IMG/VR virus record: IMGVR_UViG_2939311655_000001
Span: 24,577 to 88,576 of that record
DNA from: a virus
Lineage: Duplodnaviria > Caudoviricetes
Reading direction: 5' to 3' (one strand)
DNA: 64,000 nt
Shown: positions 1 through 9,508 of the stretch, in pieces
How positions within the stretch are numbered: the first letter of the stretch is position 1
Layout: each line of letters opens with the position of its first letter
The notes under the pieces: model-generated
Told to the model about the DNA's origin: nothing
The model's database searches: none
What the model saw: the letters and a program-made list of their open reading frames with translations, nothing else
Made by a program: the position numbers and the translations under genes

Positions 1-1
1 A

Positions 2-283
2 TGGATAACCATCACGAAGAAGGAAGTCGGGCAGCAGCAACGCCAGTTCCGCATCCGGGCCGCGGACGTCACAGGAACCAGGCTCAAGCCCGGCACCCGC
101 CTGTTCCACGGCTACGTGCAGTTCCTGCTGCCAGGAAGCGCCCCGGCCACGGAGACGAAGGGCCTGATGGCCGGTGGCCGGCCGCCGCAGTCAGACCCGC
201 ACAGCCTGTCGATCCGGCACAGCGCCAACGACGCCGCCGCGAAACTCGTCGCAGCCGTCGAGCAAGCCCGGCCTACCCCGTGA
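2..283 (+). CDS. DUF4429-like protein, 5'-truncated by window edge
   Basis: Frame +2, not in the ORF track: WITITKKEVGQQQRQFRIRAADVTGTRLKPGTRLFHGYVQFLLPGS...AAKLVAAVEQARPTP, TGA at 281-283. The WITI...KP...GYVQF..PG pattern matches my recollection of DUF4429. Confidence 0.6.
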   Translation, partial: WITITKKEVGQQQRQFRIRAADVTGTRLKPGTRLFHGYVQFLLPGSAPATETKGLMAGGRPPQSDPHSLSIRHSANDAAAKLVAAVEQARPTP

Positions 284-635
284 CCCGGTCGGCAGCGAAC
301 TGCACAGGGCCGCGGGTGCCCGTGAACGGCGACTGATGCCAGTCTCCCGGCTCACCCGTCACCTCGCACACCTGGCCACGGATCCGAAACTGGTCCGTGG
401 TCAGCACGCTCGTGTCCGGCGGGGCGTACACAGTGAAGCCGACAACCACTGTGTCCCTCTCCTGCTGCTGAGCGCCGCCCACCTGCGGAGTCTCCGCACG
501 CGGCGCCACCACGCAGCCGACGATCGGCGTCTCCGTCATCAGCCCGGGAATCGGCTGCCCCCGAGGGTCCCGACCGGGCGACGTGCCGCGGCGGAGCCGC
601 ACGATCGTCTCCCCATACGGGTAAGGAGCAGGCAT
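273..635 (-). CDS. Head-closure / head-tail joining protein
   Basis: Start reassigned to MPAPYPYGETIVRLRRG (TGATG overlap with the upstream gene). GRDPRG...DQFRIRGQVCEVTGEPGDW..PFTG is typical of actinophage head-closure proteins; position fits. Confidence 0.75.
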   Translation of the reverse strand: MPAPYPYGETIVRLRRGTSPGRDPRGQPIPGLMTETPIVGCVVAPRAETPQVGGAQQQERDTVVVGFTVYAPPDTSVLTTDQFRIRGQVCEVTGEPGDWHQSPFTGTRGPVQFAADRVTG

Positions 636-1048
636 CAGCCATACCCCCAGCCGGGCTCGAACTCGTCCGCGAAGCCAGCATCGTCGACCGGCCACGTCGG
701 CGACGGATCCGCCGTAGCTGGTGTCGGATCCACCGTGAACGCGCCTCCCCGGCCCGCGAGACTCTTGAGTGCAGCCTTGTCGGCCTTCGTCAGATACAGG
801 CCGCCCGAACCAGACGGGCGCTGCACCGACATCGGGCCGATCGTCTCGTAGCTGACCTGCTGCGGATTGACGTAAGCACGCCCCGCCACCGACAGAACAA
901 CCGCAGTCGCCTGAGCCGGCAGCGGCTTCACAACAGACTCAGCGAGAGCTACCGCCTGCTGGATCAGCAGATCCGCCCGGTCCCCCTGGATCTCATCCAT
1001 ACCGAGGTACATGCCGAGCTGCTCAGCCGTCGGAGCAACGAACACCAT
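635..1048 (-). CDS. Head-to-tail adaptor
   Basis: 137 aa with RAYVNP...ETIGPMS...GGLYLT..D motif of actinophage adaptors; downstream of capsid. Confidence 0.8.
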   Translation of the reverse strand: MVFVAPTAEQLGMYLGMDEIQGDRADLLIQQAVALAESVVKPLPAQATAVVLSVAGRAYVNPQQVSYETIGPMSVQRPSGSGGLYLTKADKAALKSLAGRGGAFTVDPTPATADPSPTWPVDDAGFADEFEPGWGYG

Positions 1049-1057
1049 CGAGACCTC

Positions 1058-2089
1058 CTACCGGGTCAGCCCTTCGACCGCATCGCACCACACGGACAGT
1101 TCGGCCTCCGGATCCAGCTCCGCGCTCCGGGCCTTCGCCCGCTTCGACGCCAGCCGGTACTCGGCCGGCGCCAGCAGCTTGCGGATGACCGCCTCGTAGC
1201 CCTCGACGTCCTCACGGTCGACGAAGACCCCGGCCTCACCCAGCGACTCGCACAGCCCCGGGGTGGGGTGCGCGACGACGGGGATACCTGAGGCGAGCGC
1301 CTCACAGCCGGCCCGCCCCCACGACTCGTAGGAACTGGGCATGAGCAGCACCTTCGTGCGGGCGTACACCTTCTCCCGCATCTCCTCGCCACGGACGTGC
1401 TCGACGATCTCCACGTTCGGCAGGTCCGGGAGGATCTGCTCGCCGTAAGCGCCCCGGACCGCCAGGAACTCCTGGTCAGGCATCCGCTCCGCCAAAGCCC
1501 GAAGGACCTTTCCGCCCTTCTCAGGGTTGCAGTTCACCAGCGTGATGGCCTTGCCGGGCTTCGTTGCGTACTCGTCGGCGAACACCGGAGGACGCACGAT
1601 CAGCTCGCTGCCCGGCCGGACGCCCTTCGGGTACTCGGCAAAGAAGAGCTCCGCCTCCCTCTGCATCCACTCTGAGTTGTAGACAGCCAAGGCCGTGCCG
1701 CCAGCCGCAGCATCACGGAACGTCGGACGGTGCGTGTTGTGGCAGACCACCACCAGCGGGGCCCCGTAGCCGCGGGCCATCGCAGCCGTCGACGGAACGG
1801 TCTCCAGATGGGCGATCAGGGCGTGCGCCCTTTTCACCGCCGTCGGAAAGTCCAGGCGGGCTTCCAGGGGAACCACCTGAATCCCCCGGTAGTCGTACAC
1901 CTCGTGAGCCTTCCCGTACCGGGACAGCCACACCTGCACATCGTGCCCGCGCTCCGCCAAAGGCCGCAGCATGGAGACGAGCATGTGCTCGGCCCCCGCA
2001 TTGTGTTCCGGCGGCATCGCATGAACACGGGCCACGATGCGCAGCGGCTTCGCGGTCCCGCCCGGCGCGGAGGCCGGGACCGCAGCCAT
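1058..2089 (-). CDS. Glycosyltransferase family 4 (GT-B fold)
   Basis: N-terminal H.MPP.HNAGAE. C-terminal LLMPSSYESWGRAGCEALASGIPVV contains the GT4 E-x7-E motif. Confidence 0.92.
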   Translation of the reverse strand: MAAVPASAPGGTAKPLRIVARVHAMPPEHNAGAEHMLVSMLRPLAERGHDVQVWLSRYGKAHEVYDYRGIQVVPLEARLDFPTAVKRAHALIAHLETVPSTAAMARGYGAPLVVVCHNTHRPTFRDAAAGGTALAVYNSEWMQREAELFFAEYPKGVRPGSELIVRPPVFADEYATKPGKAITLVNCNPEKGGKVLRALAERMPDQEFLAVRGAYGEQILPDLPNVEIVEHVRGEEMREKVYARTKVLLMPSSYESWGRAGCEALASGIPVVAHPTPGLCESLGEAGVFVDREDVEGYEAVIRKLLAPAEYRLASKRAKARSAELDPEAELSVWCDAVEGLTR

Positions 2090-3045
2090 CAGCTACCGCT
2101 CGGGGTGCCGGTGAACTTCACGAACGCCTGCGCGTCGCCCTGCACGTAGCCGTAGTACGCCTCCGCGAGGATCAGCACCAGGTTCTCCTGGAACGCGGAG
2201 TGCACGCCGCCCTCCTCGTCGACGTAGGTCGCCTCCTTCGAGATCCGCACGGTGATGTCCATGCCGACCCCGTAGGCCGCCTGCGACCAGTCGCCACCGA
2301 TCGCCCGCAGCCCTGAGTCCGAGCTGGTGGACTGACGGCGCTGCTTCCCCGACACGCTGCGGGAGTACGCCAGCGGCTCCCCGATCAGAGTGCCTGCCGA
2401 CGCCATCTGCGTCCCCGGCACCGTCGTGTCGACCAGGATCGGCCGGCCCGTCGTGTCCGTGGCCAGCAGCAGCTTCGGCTTCAGGCGGTGGTCGGCGATC
2501 GTGCCGGTGTAGTCCCAGTCCTCGTCGATGACCTCTTCCATGCCGGTCACGAGGTCCGCCCAGATGCCGCCGTTCGCCTGAGCGGCCGTACCCAGCGTCA
2601 CCGAGTTCGTGGTCATCGCCAGGTAGTCGGTGAACGGGCCCGCCGCGCCCTTCATGGTGAGGCCGTGGATCGCTGCGTGGTCGAAGGCGCGGGCGAACGC
2701 CGTCGGCAGGTCACGCTGCAGCTGCTCGTACAGACCGCCCGCGTTGGTCATCGCGACCTCTTCGGCGACCGGAATGAGGACGGCGACCTTCTTCGCCGTC
2801 ATCTGCTTGATGCCGACGCTGGACGTCGACAGGGGCTTCTTCGCCGCCTGCCCCACCCAGTCCGCGGTCGGGACATCCATCGGGATCGGGACGCTGGTCG
2901 TCGCGTCGATCGCCAGCGGCGCCGGCCGCGCCAGCGCCATCACCGCCGACTGCTCGACGGACTTCTCGAAGATCGGCGCCGTGATCGTTCGCGGCAGCAG
3001 CGCGGCATTAACATCGGACAGCTTCAGGGGAGCGGTAACCGCCAT
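2089..3045 (-). CDS. Major capsid protein (HK97 fold)
   Basis: 318 aa with LLP..I...IF, KKVAVLIPVAEE, AFD.AAIHG, GDWSQ and FQENLV motifs; follows scaffold. Confidence 0.93.
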   Translation of the reverse strand: MAVTAPLKLSDVNAALLPRTITAPIFEKSVEQSAVMALARPAPLAIDATTSVPIPMDVPTADWVGQAAKKPLSTSSVGIKQMTAKKVAVLIPVAEEVAMTNAGGLYEQLQRDLPTAFARAFDHAAIHGLTMKGAAGPFTDYLAMTTNSVTLGTAAQANGGIWADLVTGMEEVIDEDWDYTGTIADHRLKPKLLLATDTTGRPILVDTTVPGTQMASAGTLIGEPLAYSRSVSGKQRRQSTSSDSGLRAIGGDWSQAAYGVGMDITVRISKEATYVDEEGGVHSAFQENLVLILAEAYYGYVQGDAQAFVKFTGTPSGS

Positions 3046-3064
3046 GATCGTCTACTCTCTGCAG

Positions 3065-3700
3065 CTACTTGAGCTGCGACTTCATCCACCCGGCGAACTC
3101 ATCCGCCGGGGTGAGGGGGCGTGTCTTATTGGCACCGGACGCCTGAGTGCGATCCGGTGCAGGACGCCGCGGGCCCTCCTGGGGCTGGACTCGCGCCCAG
3201 TGCGGCTTGCGCTCCAACAGCGCCTGAAGGTCGGCCTCAATGGCCGCCTCGTCGATGTCGCCATCGCCGTCGATGTACGAGTCGAGATCCAACGCACCGA
3301 CCGCATCCTCCGGGTCCGCGAACCCGGCACCGGCCAGCGCCTGCACCTGGGACTTCACCAGGCGCTTCCGGGTCGCCGCGATCCGTTCCTCCGCAGCCGC
3401 GAGCTTGTCCGCGAGACGCTCGGTGTCCGTCTTCTCCGCGTCCTTGATGGCCTGGAGTTCGACCTGGGCCGCCTCGGCCTTCTTGAGGCGTTCGCGAAGG
3501 TTCTTGGATTCCGAGTTGGCCTTGCGGATCTTCGCTTCGGCCTGCTTCCGGTCGAACGGCTTCTCCTCGCCGCCGGCGTCCGCCTCCTGGGCGTCCTCCG
3601 GCGACTCGGCGCCATCCGTCTCCTCGGCGGTCGTCTCGTCGACGACCTCCTCAGTGCCGGCCTCGGACTGCTGCTCGGTGCTCTCGTTGTTCTCAGGCAT
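3065..3700 (-). CDS. Capsid scaffolding protein
   Basis: Acidic N-terminus, coiled coil (KIRKANSESKNLRERLK), FADPEDAV and PAPDRTQ motifs; lies just upstream of capsid. Confidence 0.85.
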   Translation of the reverse strand: MPENNESTEQQSEAGTEEVVDETTAEETDGAESPEDAQEADAGGEEKPFDRKQAEAKIRKANSESKNLRERLKKAEAAQVELQAIKDAEKTDTERLADKLAAAEERIAATRKRLVKSQVQALAGAGFADPEDAVGALDLDSYIDGDGDIDEAAIEADLQALLERKPHWARVQPQEGPRRPAPDRTQASGANKTRPLTPADEFAGWMKSQLK

Positions 3701-3786
3701 GACGAATCGGCCCTCCAGGGGCTGTGGAAATGAGAAAGGCCGCCACCAGGGCAGCCATGGGTCAGAAAGTTCAGAGAGCCCGGCGC

Positions 3787-4542
3787 TCAGCCGTGCTCAG
3801 CGAGAGCGAGACGGAAACGCCTCAGCTGATCGCCGGAGTAGGGGGCCGCATACTCGCGGTACAGCCGCTCCCACACCTTCGCCTTGTCGGACAGCTCGAA
3901 ACGCTGCCCGCGGAAGATCGGAAGCACGCCGCAGTGGCAGCCGTCATGTGCTTGGAAGTCCGCCGTGTCCTGCTTGTACACGGCGCCTCTTACGGCGAGC
4001 ATCTTGCAGAACGCGCACGCCCCGAGTGCCGCAGCCCGCGCCCACGCCGTGGCCTGACGGTCCTGCCGCACCGCCTCCTGGACAGTGCCGCGGCCCGTAT
4101 CAGCCACAAGCTTCTGCGCGACCGCCTCGGCCTTCTTCTCGGCCTGCTCCAACCGCACATCAAGCGGCTGGCGCTGCGCCTCAGTAGTCCGTGGGTCGTC
4201 TGGGTCTCTCTCCCAGACATCCTTGGTGGCCCACCGAAGCGACGACTCGGTCTGCTCAGCCGGCGGCGGATCCAGCACCGGAACCGTGAACGAATCCAGT
4301 ACCCCCGCCGCGGTCCGCTGGGCGTCGTAGAACTCGGCCCCCAGCGCGGCCGAGGTGCGGGCGTACTGGTCGACGACCTCCTGCATCGCCGTGAACCAGT
4401 CCGGCATCGAAGTCGGCAGCTGCGACGGAATGATCAACCGCCTCAGACGGCGAACATCTCTCACCAGCAGCCTCGACAAACCGCGTTGCGCCGCCCGCAA
4501 CCGGTCGGCGTCACCACCACCGTCAGAGACCGTCGCCGCCAC
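3787..4542 (-). CDS. Minor capsid / head morphogenesis protein (MuF/VG15-like)
   Basis: GTG start at 4542. WAR....ACAFCKMLA.RG..Y....FQAHDGCHC motif; follows portal. Confidence 0.8.
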   Translation of the reverse strand: MAATVSDGGGDADRLRAAQRGLSRLLVRDVRRLRRLIIPSQLPTSMPDWFTAMQEVVDQYARTSAALGAEFYDAQRTAAGVLDSFTVPVLDPPPAEQTESSLRWATKDVWERDPDDPRTTEAQRQPLDVRLEQAEKKAEAVAQKLVADTGRGTVQEAVRQDRQATAWARAAALGACAFCKMLAVRGAVYKQDTADFQAHDGCHCGVLPIFRGQRFELSDKAKVWERLYREYAAPYSGDQLRRFRLALAEHG

Positions 4543-5986
4543 CGTCGACCTCCACCACACCCGGAAGCCCAGCAGTTGGCGCATCCCCCATAGCGGCCAG
4601 TCGGTCCAGCAGACCGCCGCCAGTAGCCGCGGCGCTAGTACGCCTCCGATCGGCACGGACACGCTGCCGCTGGTTCTCGCTGAGCCCAGCCATCTCCAGT
4701 GCGACGTCAGAGTCCGCAGGGACAATGCCCGCTTGGACCAGCTTGACCGTAGCGTCCGCCTGAGCAGCCACCGTCGGAGTCGCCGGATTACGGAACACCG
4801 TCTCAATACGGCGAGTCTTCTCCGGCGGCTCCCCATCGCGGATCCACAGGGCCAGGCGCATCGCCTGCTGCCACGCAGACCCGAACCGGCGAATCCTCCG
4901 CTCGGAGCGCTTCACGAGCTTCGCCTCGGTCGACCGGATCGCATCAGCAGACGCCGGATTGTCCGTGGTGTAGCCGAGCATGTGCGGCGGCAGACCGAAC
5001 TGGGCCGACATGATCCGCGCATACAAGTCGATGATCTTCGTCATGCCAGTCGGATCATGCGCCGAAAACTGGCCCACCGTCGGAACGTTGCCGTCCTCAT
5101 CCCGCTCCAAAGCGAGCATGCGGCCGATATACGTCTCCCACGCCGACTTCGCCGTCCCGTCAGCGTCCTGGAACGCCGACTCGCTCACACCCAGCAGGTA
5201 GCGCTGCGGCGCCCCGAAGAACTCGGCGGCCACCTCAATACCCATCAGACGCCGGCACGCCGCATCCGTAATCGACATGACCTCCGGCGTGATCTCCGAC
5301 CGACCAACCCGGTCCGCGGTCCGCTGCCGATTCGCCATCCGCACGACCGGAACCACACCGAGCCGGTGCATGTCCCGCTCAATGACCTCCCAGCCACCCG
5401 ACGGGGAAGGCAGGCAAGTAATGGTCTGATCGGGGGTGTACAGGACCAGCATCCGCTCCTCAGGGCCCGACTCGATGTACGAGTCCGCGGCGCACTCCCT
5501 CAGGGCGGCGGTGCCCATCCGCAGACGGGCGTCCCACATCAGCGTCATGTCCAGCGGCGATTCCACCGTGATCAACGGCGGGCAGTCCTCCCCGCAGTCA
5601 CCCGATCCGACCGCAAGATACTCGCGGCCGTAGATCAGCGCATCCGTGTGGGCCAGGCTCGACTCCTCGATCAGTTCGTTCGCCTCGACGATCTCGTCCA
5701 GCTCCGCACTGTCCGCCCCGTCCGCCCACCGGACCGCCTCCAGGTCAATCCGCTCCTCCAGCGACTCAACGCCGACCCGCGGCCAACCGATGATCGTGTG
5801 CAAACCCCTGAGCTGCGGAGGGATCGAAATGCCCAGGTCCCGGACCAGCTGCTCGCCGTTGAAGTACGCATCCCGCAACAGCAGGCTCCAGCGGTCCCGC
5901 AGCATGTCGCCGCGCAACATCTGGATCAGGGCGTGCTCGTCATCGGAAAGGTTCACCAGCGGCAGCTCAGGAATGGAAATGGTCAT
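4523..5986 (-). CDS. Portal protein (SPP1 gp6-like)
   Basis: 487 aa with YFNGEQ, GWPRVGVESLEER, GRSEI, AEFFGAPQR and NPASADAIRSTE motifs of actinophage portals. Confidence 0.93.
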   Translation of the reverse strand: MTISIPELPLVNLSDDEHALIQMLRGDMLRDRWSLLLRDAYFNGEQLVRDLGISIPPQLRGLHTIIGWPRVGVESLEERIDLEAVRWADGADSAELDEIVEANELIEESSLAHTDALIYGREYLAVGSGDCGEDCPPLITVESPLDMTLMWDARLRMGTAALRECAADSYIESGPEERMLVLYTPDQTITCLPSPSGGWEVIERDMHRLGVVPVVRMANRQRTADRVGRSEITPEVMSITDAACRRLMGIEVAAEFFGAPQRYLLGVSESAFQDADGTAKSAWETYIGRMLALERDEDGNVPTVGQFSAHDPTGMTKIIDLYARIMSAQFGLPPHMLGYTTDNPASADAIRSTEAKLVKRSERRIRRFGSAWQQAMRLALWIRDGEPPEKTRRIETVFRNPATPTVAAQADATVKLVQAGIVPADSDVALEMAGLSENQRQRVRADRRRTSAAATGGGLLDRLAAMGDAPTAGLPGVVEVDGGGDGL

Positions 5987-7614
5987 CGCAGTACCACCAC
6001 CCGTCCCGACTTGCCGGTCTTCTTCTTGCCGAGACCCTTGGCCATGGCGTCGACTCGGGCCTGCCAGGCGAGCACTGCGGCAATGGCGACGTCGATCTTC
6101 TTCGAGCTGTCCGGGTGTTCCTTCATGATCTGGATTCCGCTACGCGACTCGCGGCGCCGCGCATTGAGGATGTGCCTCGTCATGACGCTCGACCCGTCAT
6201 GGGTGAGCTCGCCATCTACGACGCTGGAACGGAACTTCTCCAGAGCGCGCACGATGTGGCCGGAGCGGCCACCAGTCATCCACCACTCGATGGGGTGCTG
6301 GGTCGACGCCTTGAGCTTCAGCCGGCGGCCGTGATCAGCCTCCCACTTCGCCACATGCGACTCCCAACGGGCCGGGTCGGCGTACATACCCACCACCTTG
6401 TACTCCCGGAACGCGTCCTCCACCGTGGCAAGCACCTCCACTGTGGGCACCTGCCAGTCCTGGCCGAAGGGCCCGTCCGGCTGCTCCCAGCAGCCCAGCA
6501 GGAACAGGTGACCGTCCGAGACCCGGCAGCCGACCAGGGCCGTCGCGTCCGTGACGCCACGATTGCGGCGCCGTGACCCGTCGAAGCCGATCACGATCTC
6601 CTCGCCGCGCCCTACGACCTTGTCAGCCGCAGCCACACCCGCCCATTCAGGCTGGGAGATCCACGAGTCAGAGGCGTGGGTGATCTGGTTCAGGAAGTCT
6701 GCGCGAGCGGTCTGCGGGTCGGTACTCGGATCCCAGATCGTCGCAACGATCGTGTCCAGGTCGACATGCCCGCCATTGCGATCCGCAGAGTCCCCGTAGG
6801 TGTAGGCGAGCCCGGCCGTAAGGGACTGCCGGTCGGTCATGTCGGTCTCGGGAGGAGCCTCACGGTGGTCGTAGAAGAGGCCGTCGTCCTTGGCCCGCCC
6901 CTCACGGATCTTCGCCCAGAAGGCTGCCGACTCCTCAGCCACGCTGCCCTCGCCCGGGATGAAGGCGTTCGGCGACTCGATCGTCGTGCCGCCCACCTTC
7001 GCGGCGTTGATCCGCATCGTTTCAGCAAGCCGGTTCCCGCGGTTCGAGCGAACCCATTCCTCTGTCTGGTCCAGCACGGCGAAGACGGGCTTGTTGCCCT
7101 TCACCGTTCGTGCCGACGAGGTGATCGGCTCGATGCGACCGCGCGGCAGGTTCACGAAGGTGTCCAGTGGCTCAAGGCCCGGGTACTCGTCAAGCACAGG
7201 GCCCTGCAGCATCTCCAGCAGCGGCGTCCACGTGTTCTTGGTCTGCGTCTCCGACACCGCCGCAATCTGCACCAGCGGGGTACGAACCTCCGACCACGGC
7301 TTACCGACCGGCTGCCCCTCCGCGTCCCAACCATCCGGGACCACCGGGCCGAGAGCCTCAACGATCGCCAAGGCTGCCAGGAAGGGCGACTTCCCCCAGC
7401 CGCGCGGCCGACTGATAACGCCGCGCCTGAAGCGCCGCTTCCCTGTCTGCGGATTCAACTCGTAGTAGCGGAGGACGAAATCCTCCTGCTCCGGGTACAG
7501 CAGGAAGGGCTCGTAGTCCCCGCGGTCCGGGGCGGCCAGCATCTCCGAAATCCAGTCGATAACCTCGTAGCCGAGGGTCGGCACCGCGCCCGGCTCCGGC
7601 GGCATCCAGGGCAC
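5983..7614 (-). CDS. terL: Terminase large subunit
   Basis: Walker A RPRGWGKS, VQIAAVSETQ, nuclease GFDGS....DATAL, YADP, KKIDVAIA. Confidence 0.95.
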   Translation of the reverse strand: MPWMPPEPGAVPTLGYEVIDWISEMLAAPDRGDYEPFLLYPEQEDFVLRYYELNPQTGKRRFRRGVISRPRGWGKSPFLAALAIVEALGPVVPDGWDAEGQPVGKPWSEVRTPLVQIAAVSETQTKNTWTPLLEMLQGPVLDEYPGLEPLDTFVNLPRGRIEPITSSARTVKGNKPVFAVLDQTEEWVRSNRGNRLAETMRINAAKVGGTTIESPNAFIPGEGSVAEESAAFWAKIREGRAKDDGLFYDHREAPPETDMTDRQSLTAGLAYTYGDSADRNGGHVDLDTIVATIWDPSTDPQTARADFLNQITHASDSWISQPEWAGVAAADKVVGRGEEIVIGFDGSRRRNRGVTDATALVGCRVSDGHLFLLGCWEQPDGPFGQDWQVPTVEVLATVEDAFREYKVVGMYADPARWESHVAKWEADHGRRLKLKASTQHPIEWWMTGGRSGHIVRALEKFRSSVVDGELTHDGSSVMTRHILNARRRESRSGIQIMKEHPDSSKKIDVAIAAVLAWQARVDAMAKGLGKKKTGKSGRVVVLR

Positions 7615-8090
7615 TACGCCCCCTCCGCCTTCGGGTCCGGCAGAGCGCGGAGCACTCCGCGCCGTTGCCGCGCCGAGCCCGCCCCCTCTGGCCGTTTACT
7701 GTCCGCCTCGTCCGCCTGGGCGAACTGCATCCGCAGCCGCGCCCGGTCCTCAGGAGTCGCACCGAACTTCGCGACCCGGAGCCGCAGCTCGCCCGCCGCG
7801 GACATCTCGCCGGACCACAGACGGGCATGCACCACGGCCGTGTCGAGGAGGAAGTCCCAGTCTGTCGAGGAGAAGTGCTCTGCCTGCGGAGAGGCCTTCC
7901 ACATCTCCCACCAGTCCAGGGTGCGCGCCGGCCAGGCGTACTCGATCAGGTCACCGTCCTTCATCACCGACAACGTCGGCAAGTCAGGAGGCTCGGCCTG
8001 CTCGAAGCGGAGAACCGTCTGAGCCTGAGGGTCCTTGTTCTGACGAGCCCGCCGCGAGGGGTCCTTCGGGGCGGGACCTTGACCGGCCAC
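7614..8090 (-). CDS. terS: Terminase small subunit
   Basis: MAGQGPAPK..RRARQNK, W...W.ASPQA..F...DW..LLDTA, ELRLRVAKFGATPEDRARLR; directly upstream of terL. Confidence 0.88.
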   Translation of the reverse strand: MAGQGPAPKDPSRRARQNKDPQAQTVLRFEQAEPPDLPTLSVMKDGDLIEYAWPARTLDWWEMWKASPQAEHFSSTDWDFLLDTAVVHARLWSGEMSAAGELRLRVAKFGATPEDRARLRMQFAQADEADSKRPEGAGSARQRRGVLRALPDPKAEGA

Positions 8091-8438
8091 GGCGACCACC
8101 CCCACTCATGATCCAAATTCCCCAGGCCCGTAGGAATCCTTAGCGCGTATACGTCCCCGATGGGCATAACTCCAGGTCAGGGGCATATCCCCAGGTCAGA
8201 GGCTTGATCAGTTCGACCTCGCCGGCCGAGTCCCCGACAGGCGCGAGCGAGATCATCACTTGTCCAGCCAGGTGTTCGATCGGTCATCGAATCGACCTTC
8301 GTCTCGATCTCGATTCGGTGATCTTCGAGTGTTGGTCACGCAACGTCGATGACCATCGCCAGCCGCAACGGCGCAACCACCGATGCGGCTCACCCGCCGA
8401 CCTGCCGGCCGCAGCCCTGGGTCCGCCGACTGCTACCC

Positions 8439-9413
8439 CTATGCGACTGCGGACCACCCGTCGACCAGGTCTCGCTTGACGCTGTTGCAGTAGAAGTGAG
8501 CTGTCTTGAGGTTGTCCTCGGTGTGGGATCCGCCTCGCGCGATGGGGGTGACATGGTCAAGCGTGGGTGCGGCAAGATCGGGAACCTGGGCGTCGCGGTC
8601 TACCGGATCGCCGCAGATGTGACAGGTCCAGCGATCCCGCTCGAAGATCTGCCAGCGGGCAACTGCTCGCCCCTGGGCCCCTGCTTGAAGTGCCCGCCGA
8701 AGTGATGCTGCTGATCGAACCCTGCATCGACGCGAGCAATACCCTGTTGGCTCGCCGGTGCTGTGCCGCGTGAAGTGCTCACCGCATCGCCCGCACCGCC
8801 CGGAGCTCCATACCCCTGCGCCCTTCACGCCGGCCGCCGCCCGCTCCAACACGCGTTGCGCTCTGCGTCGGCGGGTCTTCTTGCGCTCCCGAGCTAGGTG
8901 GTCGGATTTTGTCATTCCGACGTAGCTTTCTTGCGGCCGGCCCAAGCCGTACCGGGAGTCGTAGAAGCATTGGTGCGAGCAGTACAGGGCGGTGGTCTTG
9001 GTGACTACGGCTTCTATACCGCAGTGAGCGCAGGCGATCGGGTACGCCTTTGTCCGCGGCCGGTCGTACAGCCGGGTCTGGTAGTACCCGTGCTTCTCCT
9101 TGTACTGCCGTTGATAGTCGCGCATTCGCTCTGCGTTGAACGCTCGCTTGCACTCCGAGGATCCACATTGTTTACGGCGGGGATGCGTCATCGGAGTTTG
9201 GCAGTACGGGCAGGGACGCGCGCCGCTTGTCCGCCTTCGTACCGTGCTCTGCCGTTCGCGCGCCAGAGCTTCCTCGTACCGACCGTCTTGCCGCATTCGT
9301 CTGTGACTAGCGGATCTTCGGCAGGCGGCCGAGCAGTACGTCGGTACAGGGCCAGTGGGGGCGATGGCGCTCTGGTTGCCGCAGTGGGCACAGAGGATGT
9401 GCGCGGGTCTCAT
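8439..9413 (-). CDS. HNH endonuclease with N-terminal Cys-rich zinc-finger repeats
   Basis: Four CxxC...(Y/Q)CS..C repeats followed by ERDRWTCHICG...LDHVTPIARGGSH...NLKTAHFYCNSVK. Confidence 0.88.
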   Translation of the reverse strand: MRPAHILCAHCGNQSAIAPTGPVPTYCSAACRRSASHRRMRQDGRYEEALARERQSTVRRRTSGARPCPYCQTPMTHPRRKQCGSSECKRAFNAERMRDYQRQYKEKHGYYQTRLYDRPRTKAYPIACAHCGIEAVVTKTTALYCSHQCFYDSRYGLGRPQESYVGMTKSDHLARERKKTRRRRAQRVLERAAAGVKGAGVWSSGRCGRCGEHFTRHSTGEPTGYCSRRCRVRSAASLRRALQAGAQGRAVARWQIFERDRWTCHICGDPVDRDAQVPDLAAPTLDHVTPIARGGSHTEDNLKTAHFYCNSVKRDLVDGWSAVA

Positions 9414-9508
9414 TCTGTCTCCAGGCATGCGGAAGGCCCGATGCCTGGAGACATCGGGCCTTCCTTCCCGCAGGAGCTACCTGCGGGTGTCTTGGGTTGG
9501 GGCGCGGG

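Noticed and set aside
1-336. 111-aa frame +1 ORF from the track
   Set aside because: Low-complexity Arg/Pro translation; frame +2 gives the protein-like sequence.
2080-2110. Programmed frameshift fusing capsid to glycosyltransferase
   Set aside because: Only a TGATG overlap, with no slippery heptamer visible.
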